DNA of 32,000 nucleotides. Source: Cereibacter sphaeroides 2.4.1 (GTDB lineage Bacteria > Pseudomonadota > Alphaproteobacteria > Rhodobacterales > Rhodobacteraceae). A program made the translations under genes and the position numbers. The first letter of the stretch is position 1. The number at the start of each line of letters is the position of its first letter. The stretch covers positions 930,001 to 962,000 of the forward strand of contig NC_007493.2 in the NCBI RefSeq assembly GCF_000012905.2. Reading direction: 5' to 3'. Under the pieces are notes generated by a model. That model made no database searches. It was not told where the DNA came from and saw only the letters and a list, made by a program, of their open reading frames with translations. Shown piece after piece: positions 10,344 through 18,100 of the stretch.

Positions 10344-11728
10344 TTCGTCACCTTCTTGAGATGGTAGGATTTCGGCCGCGTGACCGACATGTAGCCCAGA
10401 GCGGAGAGCGCGGCGCCCCGTCCGGTGTCCTTGCAGCCCGTCCAGCAGAGGGCGGGATCGAGATAGTCGCAGCGGTTCATGTAGACGGTGCCGGTCTCGA
10501 GCCGCGCGCCGATCTCGGCCGCGGCTTCGGCGTCCTCGGTCCAGAGCGAGCAGGTCAGGCCATAGGGGCTGTCGTTCATGAGGCCGATCGCCTCCTCGTC
10601 GCCCGAGACCTTCATGATGCCCACCACGGGGCCGAAGCTCTCTTCCTTCATCACCCGCATGTCGTGGGTGACGTTCACGAGGATCTGCGGCGCGAGATAG
10701 GCGCCGCCGTCATCGGCCGGGAAGAGGGCGGGGTCGATCAGCGGCTTGGCGCCGGCGGCCACCGCCTCGGCCACCTGCTCGCGCACGACGCGCGCGAAGC
10801 GGACATTCGCCATCGGCCCGAGCGTCGTCTCGGGCTCGAACGGATTGCCGAGCTTCAGCGCCTTGACCCAGGCGACCGCCTTCTCGACGAAGGCATCGTA
10901 GAGGCTCTCGTGGACATAGATCCGCTCGATCCCGCAGCAGCACTGGCCCGCGTTGAACATCGCGCCGTCCATCAGGCTGTCGACCGCCGCATCGAGATCC
11001 GCATCCGCCCGGACATACCCCGGGTCCTTGCCGCCAAGCTCGAGCCCGGTCGCGGTGAAGGTGCCCGCCGCCGCGCGCTCGATGGCATAGCCGCCCGAGA
11101 CGGAGCCGGTGAAGTTCACGAAGTTGAAGGCCCGCGCGCCGATCAGCGCCTCGGTGGTGCCGTGATCCAGCACGACATTCTGGAACACATCCTCCGGCAC
11201 GCCCGCCGCATGGAAGGCGTCCGCCAGCCGTTCGCCCACGAGAAGCGTCTGGCTCGCATGTTTCAGAACCACGCTGTTGCCCGCGATCAGCGCCGGCACC
11301 AGCGTGTTGATGGTGGTGAGGTAAGGGTAGTTCCAGGGCGCCACGATCAGCACCACGCCCACGGCTTCCCGCACGATGCGGCGCTCGAACCGGTCCGAGG
11401 CCTCGACCACGGTCGGCGCCAGCGTCTCGGCGGCGATCTCCGCCATGTAGGAGGTGCGGTCGTTCACGCCGCCGAACTCGCCGCCGAAGCGGGTGGGACG
11501 GCCCATCTGCCAGGCCAGTTCCTCGACCACGAGGTCCTTCATCTCGTTCAGCTTCGCCACACCGGCCTTGACCAGCGCGATGCGCTCTTCCAGAGGGCGT
11601 GCGGCCCATGCGGGCTGTGCGGCCCGCGCCCGGCGGGCCATCGCCTTGGCATCGGCCATCGAGAGCGGCATCCGCTCGGCATAGACCCGCCCGTCGACGG
11701 GCGAGATCAGCTGGATCGGTTTCGTCAT
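10340..11728 (-). CDS. NAD(P)-dependent aldehyde dehydrogenase, 462 aa
   Basis: ELGGKDP and FNAGQCCCGIERIYV (catalytic Glu and Cys motifs). It starts 12 nt after the GS-like stop. Confidence 0.9.
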   Translation of the reverse strand: MTKPIQLISPVDGRVYAERMPLSMADAKAMARRARAAQPAWAARPLEERIALVKAGVAKLNEMKDLVVEELAWQMGRPTRFGGEFGGVNDRTSYMAEIAAETLAPTVVEASDRFERRIVREAVGVVLIVAPWNYPYLTTINTLVPALIAGNSVVLKHASQTLLVGERLADAFHAAGVPEDVFQNVVLDHGTTEALIGARAFNFVNFTGSVSGGYAIERAAAGTFTATGLELGGKDPGYVRADADLDAAVDSLMDGAMFNAGQCCCGIERIYVHESLYDAFVEKAVAWVKALKLGNPFEPETTLGPMANVRFARVVREQVAEAVAAGAKPLIDPALFPADDGGAYLAPQILVNVTHDMRVMKEESFGPVVGIMKVSGDEEAIGLMNDSPYGLTCSLWTEDAEAAAEIGARLETGTVYMNRCDYLDPALCWTGCKDTGRGAALSALGYMSVTRPKSYHLKKVTK

Positions 11729-11740
11729 GATGTTCCCCGT

Positions 11741-13120
11741 TCAGGCGCGCTCGAAGAGGCGGGCCAGTTCGAAATCGGTGACCACGCGGTCCTGCTCGGA
11801 GATCTCCCACTCCGCCGCATGGTGATAATGCTCGACGACCTCGTCGCCCATTGCCTCGCGCAGCATCGTCGAGCCCTTGAGCCGTTCCGCCGCCGCGCGG
11901 AGCGTCTTCGGGATCTCGCGGACGCCCGCGGTGCTGTACATGTCGCCCCGCATCTCCGCCTCGAGATCCATCTTCTTCTCGATGCCGTCAAGCCCCGCCG
12001 CAAGCAGCGCCGCGCAGGCGAGATAGGGGTTGAGATCAGCGCCCCCGATCCGGCATTCGACGCGGATGGCCTTGGTGCCCTCGCCGCAGACGCGGAAGCC
12101 CGCGGTGCGGTTGTCGCGGCTCCAGACGGCTTTCGTGGGGGCGAACATGCCGACGCAGAACCGCTTGTAGCTGTTCACATAGGGCGCGAGGAAGGCGGTG
12201 ATCTCCTCGGCATGGGCCAGCTGGCCCGCGAGAAACTGGCGCATCAGCTCCGACATGCCGTGCGGGGCCTCGGGGTCGAAGAAGGCGGGCTTGCCGTCGA
12301 GGGTCCAGAGCGACTGGTGCACATGGCTCGACGAGCCCGCGCGGCGGTGGTCGTATTTCGCCATGAAGGTCACCGACTTGCCCGCGGCATGGGCGATGTC
12401 CTTGACGGCGGTCTTGGTGATCGCGTGATTGTCGGCCGTGTCGAGCGCGTCCGAATATTTGACGTTGATCTCCTCCTGCCCCGCGTCAGCCTCACCCTTG
12501 GAACATTCCACAGGGATTCCCGCGCCATAGAGGCCGTTCCTCAGGGCGCGCATCACCTCTTCCTCCTTCGAGGTCTGGAAGATGTGGTAATCCTCGTTGT
12601 AGGCCGAAATCGGCTTCAGGTCGCGGATCTGGCCCGAGGCCTGCATCGAGTTGCGCACCGCGTCGAACGAGGTCTCGAACAGGAAGAACTCGAGCTCGGT
12701 GGCCATCATGGCCTTGAAGCCCATGGCTTCGGCCCGGGCGATCTGGCGCTTGAGGATGGCGCGCGGGCTCTGGGGCACGTCGTTGTGGTGATGGTCGAGC
12801 AGGTCGCAGAGCACGAGCGCCGTGCCCGGCATCCAGGGCAGGGCGCGCAGCGTGGCCATGTCGGGCTTCATGACATAGTCGCCGTAGCCCTTTTCCCAGC
12901 CCGAATTCTTGTAGCCGGGGACGGTGGTCATCTCCATGTCGATGGCCAGGAGATAGTCGCAGCAGTGGGTCTCGTGATGCCCGCCGTCGATGAAATACTG
13001 CGCGTGGAAGCGCTTGCCCATCAGGCGGCCCTGCATGTCCACACAGGCCACGAGCACGGTATCGATCCCGCCGCTCTCCACCGCTTCCTTCAGCTCATCG
13101 AATGTCATGTTGCCGGGCAT
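11741..13120 (-). CDS. Glutamine synthetase family protein, probable gamma-glutamyl-amine ligase (PuuA-like), 459 aa
   Basis: GS catalytic-domain signature ...ATELEFFLFE..., and ...SSSHVHQSLW... as in GS-type ATP-dependent ligases. GAGGAAG SD. Its context with ALDH and an FAD oxidoreductase resembles puuABC. Confidence 0.85.
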   Translation of the reverse strand: MPGNMTFDELKEAVESGGIDTVLVACVDMQGRLMGKRFHAQYFIDGGHHETHCCDYLLAIDMEMTTVPGYKNSGWEKGYGDYVMKPDMATLRALPWMPGTALVLCDLLDHHHNDVPQSPRAILKRQIARAEAMGFKAMMATELEFFLFETSFDAVRNSMQASGQIRDLKPISAYNEDYHIFQTSKEEEVMRALRNGLYGAGIPVECSKGEADAGQEEINVKYSDALDTADNHAITKTAVKDIAHAAGKSVTFMAKYDHRRAGSSSHVHQSLWTLDGKPAFFDPEAPHGMSELMRQFLAGQLAHAEEITAFLAPYVNSYKRFCVGMFAPTKAVWSRDNRTAGFRVCGEGTKAIRVECRIGGADLNPYLACAALLAAGLDGIEKKMDLEAEMRGDMYSTAGVREIPKTLRAAAERLKGSTMLREAMGDEVVEHYHHAAEWEISEQDRVVTDFELARLFERA

Positions 13121-13160
13121 GTTCTTCCTCGTTCAGTCGCGGGCGGGCGGGCGTGCGGAG

Positions 13161-13183
13161 GGGCGGCCCGCATAGGGCCGCCC
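13161..13183 (-). terminator. Intercistronic stem-loop between dctP and the GS-like gene (partial terminator or mRNA stabiliser)
   Basis: GGGCGGCCC-GCATA-GGGCCGCCC, a 9-bp perfect GC stem inside the 75-nt gap that follows the dctP stop. Confidence 0.4.
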
Positions 13184-13195
13184 GGGAGCGGGGGA

Positions 13196-14233
13196 TCAGG
13201 AGAAGCGGTAGGGCGGGCCTGCCTTCTTCATCGTCTCATTGTAGTCCTTGATGATCGAGACGACCTTGGCCTTCACCTCGGATTCCTGCGCGATCTCGTC
13301 CCAGAACTCGACGGCCGCATCCTCGACCTGCTTCCATTCCGCATCCGGGATCGTGGTCAGCTTGAGCTTGGTCTCGTTCACCCGCAGATAGGCCTCGCCG
13401 GCCCAGTACCAGTGCTGCCGGTAGTAGTGCGACTGTTCGAAACAGACGCGCAGCAGCTCCTGCAGATGCGGCGGCACCTCGTTCCAGCGGTCCATGTTGG
13501 CGAAGAAATGCCCGATCCAGGCGCCCGAGATGTTGTTGGTCAGGAAATAGTCGGTGACGTTGGCCCAGCCGACCGTATAGACCTCGGTGATGCCCGACCA
13601 GGCCAGCCCGTCGAGCTCGCCGGTCTGGAGCGCCACCTCCACATCCTCCCACGGCAGCGTCACCGGCACCACGCCGAAGCGGGTGAGGAAGCGCCCCGCG
13701 GTGGGGAAGGTGAAGATGCGCAGGCCCTGAAGGTCGCTCAGGCTGTTGATCGGCTTCTTGGTCGAGAAGTTGCACGGATCCCACGAGCCCGCCGAGATGT
13801 GCTTCACGCCCACCTTGGCATATTCCTCAGCCCAGATCGCGCCCAGCCCGTATTTGTTGAAGAGCGCGGGCACATCGAGCGAATAGCGCAGCGCCAGCGG
13901 GAAGTAGCCGCCGAACACGGTCACCTCGGTCGGCGAGGCCATCGAGTCATCGTCCGACTGGACGCAGTCGATGGTCCCGCGCTGCATCGCCTGAAAGAGC
14001 TCGGCCGTGGGCACGAGCTGGTCGGAGTAATAGAGCTCGATCTCCATCTGACCTTGGGCGATGGTGTTGAAGGCCTCCACCGCGGGCTTCACCACATGCT
14101 CGCCCAAGGCCGCGCCCGCATAGGTCTGCATCCGCCACTTGATCGGCGCCTGCGCCCGCGTCACGGCCGGCGCGGCAAGGCCCGCAGCCCCCGCGAGCGC
14201 GCCCGTGGTGATGAACTTCCGTCTGGTCGTCAT
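13196..14233 (-). CDS. TRAP transporter substrate-binding protein (DctP family) with twin-arginine-like signal, 345 aa
   Basis: Track ORF 13196..15649 trimmed to the ATG at 14233, with GGAGG 6 nt upstream. MTTRRKFITTGALAGAAGLAAPAVTRAQA, followed by DctP-like sequence. Confidence 0.9.
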   Translation of the reverse strand: MTTRRKFITTGALAGAAGLAAPAVTRAQAPIKWRMQTYAGAALGEHVVKPAVEAFNTIAQGQMEIELYYSDQLVPTAELFQAMQRGTIDCVQSDDDSMASPTEVTVFGGYFPLALRYSLDVPALFNKYGLGAIWAEEYAKVGVKHISAGSWDPCNFSTKKPINSLSDLQGLRIFTFPTAGRFLTRFGVVPVTLPWEDVEVALQTGELDGLAWSGITEVYTVGWANVTDYFLTNNISGAWIGHFFANMDRWNEVPPHLQELLRVCFEQSHYYRQHWYWAGEAYLRVNETKLKLTTIPDAEWKQVEDAAVEFWDEIAQESEVKAKVVSIIKDYNETMKKAGPPYRFS

Positions 14234-14289
14234 GTCATACCTCCGTTGATGGGTCGGGGCGGTTCGGGCCGCCTCTCGTTGGTGAATCG

Positions 14290-15615
14290 TTACTTGGCGT
14301 AGAGCGTCTCCGGCAGCCAGAGCGCGATCTCGGGGAAGGCCATCACCAGCACCAGCGCCAGCACCATGACCCCCACGAACGGCACGATCGAGCGGTAGAT
14401 GTCGCCGATGGTGATCTCGGGCGGCGCCATGGCGCGCATCAGGAACAGGTTGTAGCCGAAGGGCGGCGTGAGATAGGCCACCTGACAGGTGATCGTGTAG
14501 AGCACGCCGTACCAGATCAGATCGAACCCCAGCGCCCCCACCAGCGGCACATAGAGCGGCGCGACGATGACGAGCATCGCCGTGTCGTCGAGGAACATCC
14601 CCATGATGAGGTAGGAGAGCTGCATCATGATGAGGATGGTCCAGGGCGACAGCTCCAGCCGGTCGACGAAGAAGCCCTGGATCGCGCGCACGGCGCCCAG
14701 ACCGTCGAAGACCGCGCCGAAGGCCAGCGCCGCGAGGATGATCCACATGAACATGCAGGAGATGGCGAGCGTCGCCCGCGTCGAGGTCTCGAACACCTCG
14801 CGGGTGAAGCGGCCCTTCACGACCGCGGCCAGCACCGTCACCAGCGCCCCGATCACCGAGCTTTCGACGAGGCTCGTCCAGCCGTTGACGAAGGGCACCA
14901 TCATCGCGGCGAAGATGCCGAGCGGCAGGAGACCGGCGGCCAGCAGGCGCATCTTTTCCGACCGCGGCACCGCGGCCAGTTCCTCGGGCGGCAGCACCGG
15001 GCCGAGCGCGGGGTTCAGCCGGCAGCGGAGCCAGATGTAGGCCACGAACATGCCCGCCATCATCAGCCCCGGCACCACGCCGGCCAGCCAGAGCTGCCCC
15101 ACCGGCTGGCGCGCGATCATCGCATAGAGCACGAGGACCACCGAGGGCGGGATCAGGATGCCGAGGCTCGACCCCGCCTGAATCACGCCCGTCACCATCA
15201 GCTTGTCGTAGCGCCGCCGCAGAAGCTCGGGCAGCGCGATGGTCGAGCCGATGGCCATGCCCGCGACCGAAAGGCCGTTCATGGCCGAGATCAGCACCAT
15301 GAGGAGGATCGTCCCGATGGCAAGGCCGCCGGGCACGGGGCCGAACCAGACATGGAACATGCGGTAAAGATCGTCGGCGAGGCGGCTCTCGCTCATGACA
15401 TAGCCCATGAAGATGAACATGGGCAGCGTCAGCAGCGGATACCATTTCATGAGCTTCATCGCGGCCGAGAAGCCCATGCTCTGCCCGCCCGTGCCCCAGA
15501 GCGCGAGCGAGGCCACCACGGCCACGAAGCCGATCACGCCGAAGACGCGCTGCCCGGTCAGCATCATGAGCAGCATGGCCGAGAACATCAGGATGGCGAT
15601 CATCTCGTAGGACAT
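14290..15615 (-). CDS. TRAP transporter large permease (DctM family), 441 aa
   Basis: Highly hydrophobic polytopic protein of DctM length and sequence style. Its ATG shares 1 nt with the dctQ stop (TGATG). Confidence 0.92.
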   Translation of the reverse strand: MSYEMIAILMFSAMLLMMLTGQRVFGVIGFVAVVASLALWGTGGQSMGFSAAMKLMKWYPLLTLPMFIFMGYVMSESRLADDLYRMFHVWFGPVPGGLAIGTILLMVLISAMNGLSVAGMAIGSTIALPELLRRRYDKLMVTGVIQAGSSLGILIPPSVVLVLYAMIARQPVGQLWLAGVVPGLMMAGMFVAYIWLRCRLNPALGPVLPPEELAAVPRSEKMRLLAAGLLPLGIFAAMMVPFVNGWTSLVESSVIGALVTVLAAVVKGRFTREVFETSTRATLAISCMFMWIILAALAFGAVFDGLGAVRAIQGFFVDRLELSPWTILIMMQLSYLIMGMFLDDTAMLVIVAPLYVPLVGALGFDLIWYGVLYTITCQVAYLTPPFGYNLFLMRAMAPPEITIGDIYRSIVPFVGVMVLALVLVMAFPEIALWLPETLYAK

Positions 15616-16121
15616 CAGATCGTCTTCCCGCGCAGCGTGGCGATGTCACGGACGAGGATCGCGAGACATTGCAGGATCATCAGGACGAAGCCCACGCACA
15701 TCACAATCTTGATGGGCCAGAGATAGGGGCGCCAGGCGGTCGGGCTGCGCTCGTTGTACTGCAGCGAATAGAGGGTGCTGTCGACCGCGCCCCAGAGCAT
15801 GACGCCGAGATAGAGGATCACGGCGAAGATCGTGATCGCGTCCCACCAGCTCTTCTTGCGCAGAGGCCAGTCGGCATAGAGCAGGTCCATCCGCACATGG
15901 CTGCCCATCTGCAGCGAATAGGGCCCGCCGAGGATGAAATAGGCCACCATCACGAACTGGGCCATCTCGAGCGTCCAGAGCGACGGGTTGAAGAAGACCT
16001 TCGAGACCGAGGACCAGAGCAGCACGCCCATCAGCACGAACAGCAGATACATGGCGAAGCGGCCGATCCCGTAGTTCAGCCGGTCGACCAGCCGGACGAA
16101 GGCGACAAGGGCCCGCGGCAT
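15615..16121 (-). CDS. TRAP transporter small permease (DctQ family), 168 aa
   Basis: Protein with about four TM segments directly preceding dctM. It starts 4 nt after the FGase-family stop. Confidence 0.88.
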   Translation of the reverse strand: MPRALVAFVRLVDRLNYGIGRFAMYLLFVLMGVLLWSSVSKVFFNPSLWTLEMAQFVMVAYFILGGPYSLQMGSHVRMDLLYADWPLRKKSWWDAITIFAVILYLGVMLWGAVDSTLYSLQYNERSPTAWRPYLWPIKIVMCVGFVLMILQCLAILVRDIATLRGKTI

Positions 16122-16125
16122 CGGC

Positions 16126-16920
16126 TCAGCCCGCCATGGCCGGCGCCGCGAGCGATCCGAGCGCGCGGGCGAGGATGGGGGCCAGCCGGTCCGCCATGGC
16201 CTCTTCGGCCTCCGGCGTGGCGATCAGATCGTTGCGGATCTCGAGCATCACATTCGCAAGTCCATAGGGCAGGGCCTGAAGGCGCAGCGTGTGGGTCACG
16301 TCGTCGGCGGCAGAATAGGGCTCGTTCAGTCCGCAGACGAGTCCACTGTCGCGGCTTTCCTCGAGCACGGCCAGCGCCAAGGCCGGATCGTGGTCGTGGA
16401 TGATGCCGAACTCGACCGCGCGCGGCTTTCCGTGCCAGACCGGGGTGAAGGAATGGATCGTCACCAGCACCGGGGGCACGCCCTGGGCAAGGCGCCGCAC
16501 GATCTCGGCCCGCAGGTCGGCGTGGAAGGGCGCGTAGATCGCCGCGGTGCGCGCGGCGCGCTCTTCGGGAGAGAGGCGGCGATTGCCGGGGATCTCGTGC
16601 ATCTCGGAACGCTCCGCCATCGCGCCCGGCTGATCCGGCGCCCGATTGCAATCGTAGACGAGCCGCGACACCGGTGCGTGAACAAGGCCTGCGTCAAGCC
16701 GCCGCGCCAGCCCGCGCGACAGTCCGAGCGCACCCGGATCCCATGCGATATGGGCCTGCCGCAGCTCTTCCGGCAGCCCCAGATCGCCCCAGCGGCCCGG
16801 AATCGCATGCGAGGCATGTTCGCAGACCAAGAGGAAGCGGCTGCGCGCGGACGCATTCTCGAGGATGGCCGGATACCGATCCGGCGTCATGTCGGCGAAG
16901 GTCATTATTGTCCGATTCAT
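16126..16920 (-). CDS. N-formylglutamate amidohydrolase (FGase, HutG-like) family hydrolase, 264 aa
   Basis: Track ORF 16126..17754 trimmed to the ATG at 16920 (alternative ATG at 16905). FLLVCEHASHAIP..., VTIHSFTP... and ...NEPYS... resemble the FGase family as I recall it. Confidence 0.8.
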   Translation of the reverse strand: MNRTIMTFADMTPDRYPAILENASARSRFLLVCEHASHAIPGRWGDLGLPEELRQAHIAWDPGALGLSRGLARRLDAGLVHAPVSRLVYDCNRAPDQPGAMAERSEMHEIPGNRRLSPEERAARTAAIYAPFHADLRAEIVRRLAQGVPPVLVTIHSFTPVWHGKPRAVEFGIIHDHDPALALAVLEESRDSGLVCGLNEPYSAADDVTHTLRLQALPYGLANVMLEIRNDLIATPEAEEAMADRLAPILARALGSLAAPAMAG

Positions 16921-17064
16921 TCCCTGTTGCCACAAAGGCTCCACCGGGGGGCTCCGGTCTGTCAAGAATTTTTCTTCGCGACCGAAGCTGTTAAGATGTT
17001 TACTGCGGCGGAGGCGGATTCCGCCGCGCAATGCCCGCGCAAGCGGCGGACGTGAGGAGGCGGA

Positions 17065-17931
17065 ATGGGCCTGTCCAGCATCGAGGAACTCATGCGCTCG
17101 GCGCTGCCCGACATGACCCGGGCCGAGCGCCAGCTTGCCACGCATATCCTGCGGCAGTATCCGGTGGCGGCGCTCGGCTCGATCACGGCGCTCGCCAAGG
17201 CGGCCGACGTCTCGACGCCGACCGTGGTGCGTCTGGTGCAGAAGCTGGGGTTCAAGGGCTATCCCGACTTCCAGTCGGGCCTGCGCGGCGAGGTCGAGGC
17301 GATGCTCCTTTCGCCTCTGGCCAAGCACGACCGCTGGGCCGGCGGGGTGCCCGACACCCACATCCTCAACCGGTTCGCCGATGCGGTGGTGGCCAATCTT
17401 CAGGCGACGCTGAGCCAGATCGACCATGCCGAGTTCGATGCGGCGGCGCGCCTCCTTGCGGATCCCGAGCGGCGGATCTTCGTCCTCGGCGGCCGCATCA
17501 CCCATGCGCTCGCCGATTATTTCGCCACCCTGATGAAGGTGACCCGTCCCGAGGTCACGCTCATGTCCGACATGTCGAGCACCTGGCCGCCGGCGCTCCT
17601 CGACATGGGGCGGGGCGACATCCTCCTGCTTTTCGACATCCGCCGCTACGAGAACATGGTGCTGCAGGTGGCCGAGATGGCGGTCGAGCAGGGGGTCGAG
17701 GTGGTGCTGATGACCGACCGCTGGATCTCGCCCGCGGCGGTCCATGCGCGCCACACCTTCTCCTGCCAGATCGAGGTGCCGTCAGCCTGGGACTCGACGG
17801 TCGCAATGCTGGTGCTGGTCGAGAGCCTGATCTCGGCGGTGCAGAGCCTGACCTGGGAGCAGACGGAAGAGCGGATGAAGCGGCTCGAGGATCTCTACGC
17901 CCGCAACCGCGTCTTCCGCCGCCACCGTTAG
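17065..17931 (+). CDS. RpiR/MurR family transcriptional regulator (HTH_6 + SIS domain), 288 aa
   Basis: GAGGAGG SD. ...MTRAERQLATHILRQYP...SITALAKAADVSTPTVVRLVQKLGFKGYPDFQ is a typical RpiR N-terminus, followed by a SIS-like region (IFVLGGRITHALADYF). It is divergent from the catabolic operon. Confidence 0.9.
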   Translation: MGLSSIEELMRSALPDMTRAERQLATHILRQYPVAALGSITALAKAADVSTPTVVRLVQKLGFKGYPDFQSGLRGEVEAMLLSPLAKHDRWAGGVPDTHILNRFADAVVANLQATLSQIDHAEFDAAARLLADPERRIFVLGGRITHALADYFATLMKVTRPEVTLMSDMSSTWPPALLDMGRGDILLLFDIRRYENMVLQVAEMAVEQGVEVVLMTDRWISPAAVHARHTFSCQIEVPSAWDSTVAMLVLVESLISAVQSLTWEQTEERMKRLEDLYARNRVFRRHR

Positions 17932-18015
17932 ACGCCCGCCCGGCGAGGTCCCTTCCGCGGCAGGGCTGCCCGAGCCCGCGGCAGGCAAATCGGCGCCTTG
18001 GGCTGCCCTTCAAGG

Positions 18016-18033
18016 CCCTGCCGATGGGCAGGG
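18016..18033. terminator. Hairpin in the convergent rpiR / rodA gap
   Basis: CCCTGCC-GATG-GGCAGGG, a 7-bp stem. No U-tract. Confidence 0.3.
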
Positions 18034-18100
18034 ACAAGTGGCGGACGCGCAGGCACCACCGCCCTGACGGGCAAAGACCTCCGCCCGACCGTCTGCGAGA

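Noticed and set aside
10361-14302. 1313-aa + strand ORF
   Set aside because: It is antisense to ALDH, the GS-like gene and dctP, all of which have unambiguous catalytic motifs on the minus strand. This is an artefactual open frame.
13196-15649. 817-aa version of the dctP ORF
   Set aside because: Upstream of codon 473 the frame runs through dctM out of frame and gives Arg/Gly/Asp-rich nonsense. The real start is the ATG at 14233, with a GGAGG SD and a Tat-like signal.
16126-17754. 542-aa version of the FGase-family ORF
   Set aside because: The N-terminal 278 residues are antisense to the RpiR regulator gene and the intergenic promoter region. Family-like sequence begins only at the ATG at 16920.
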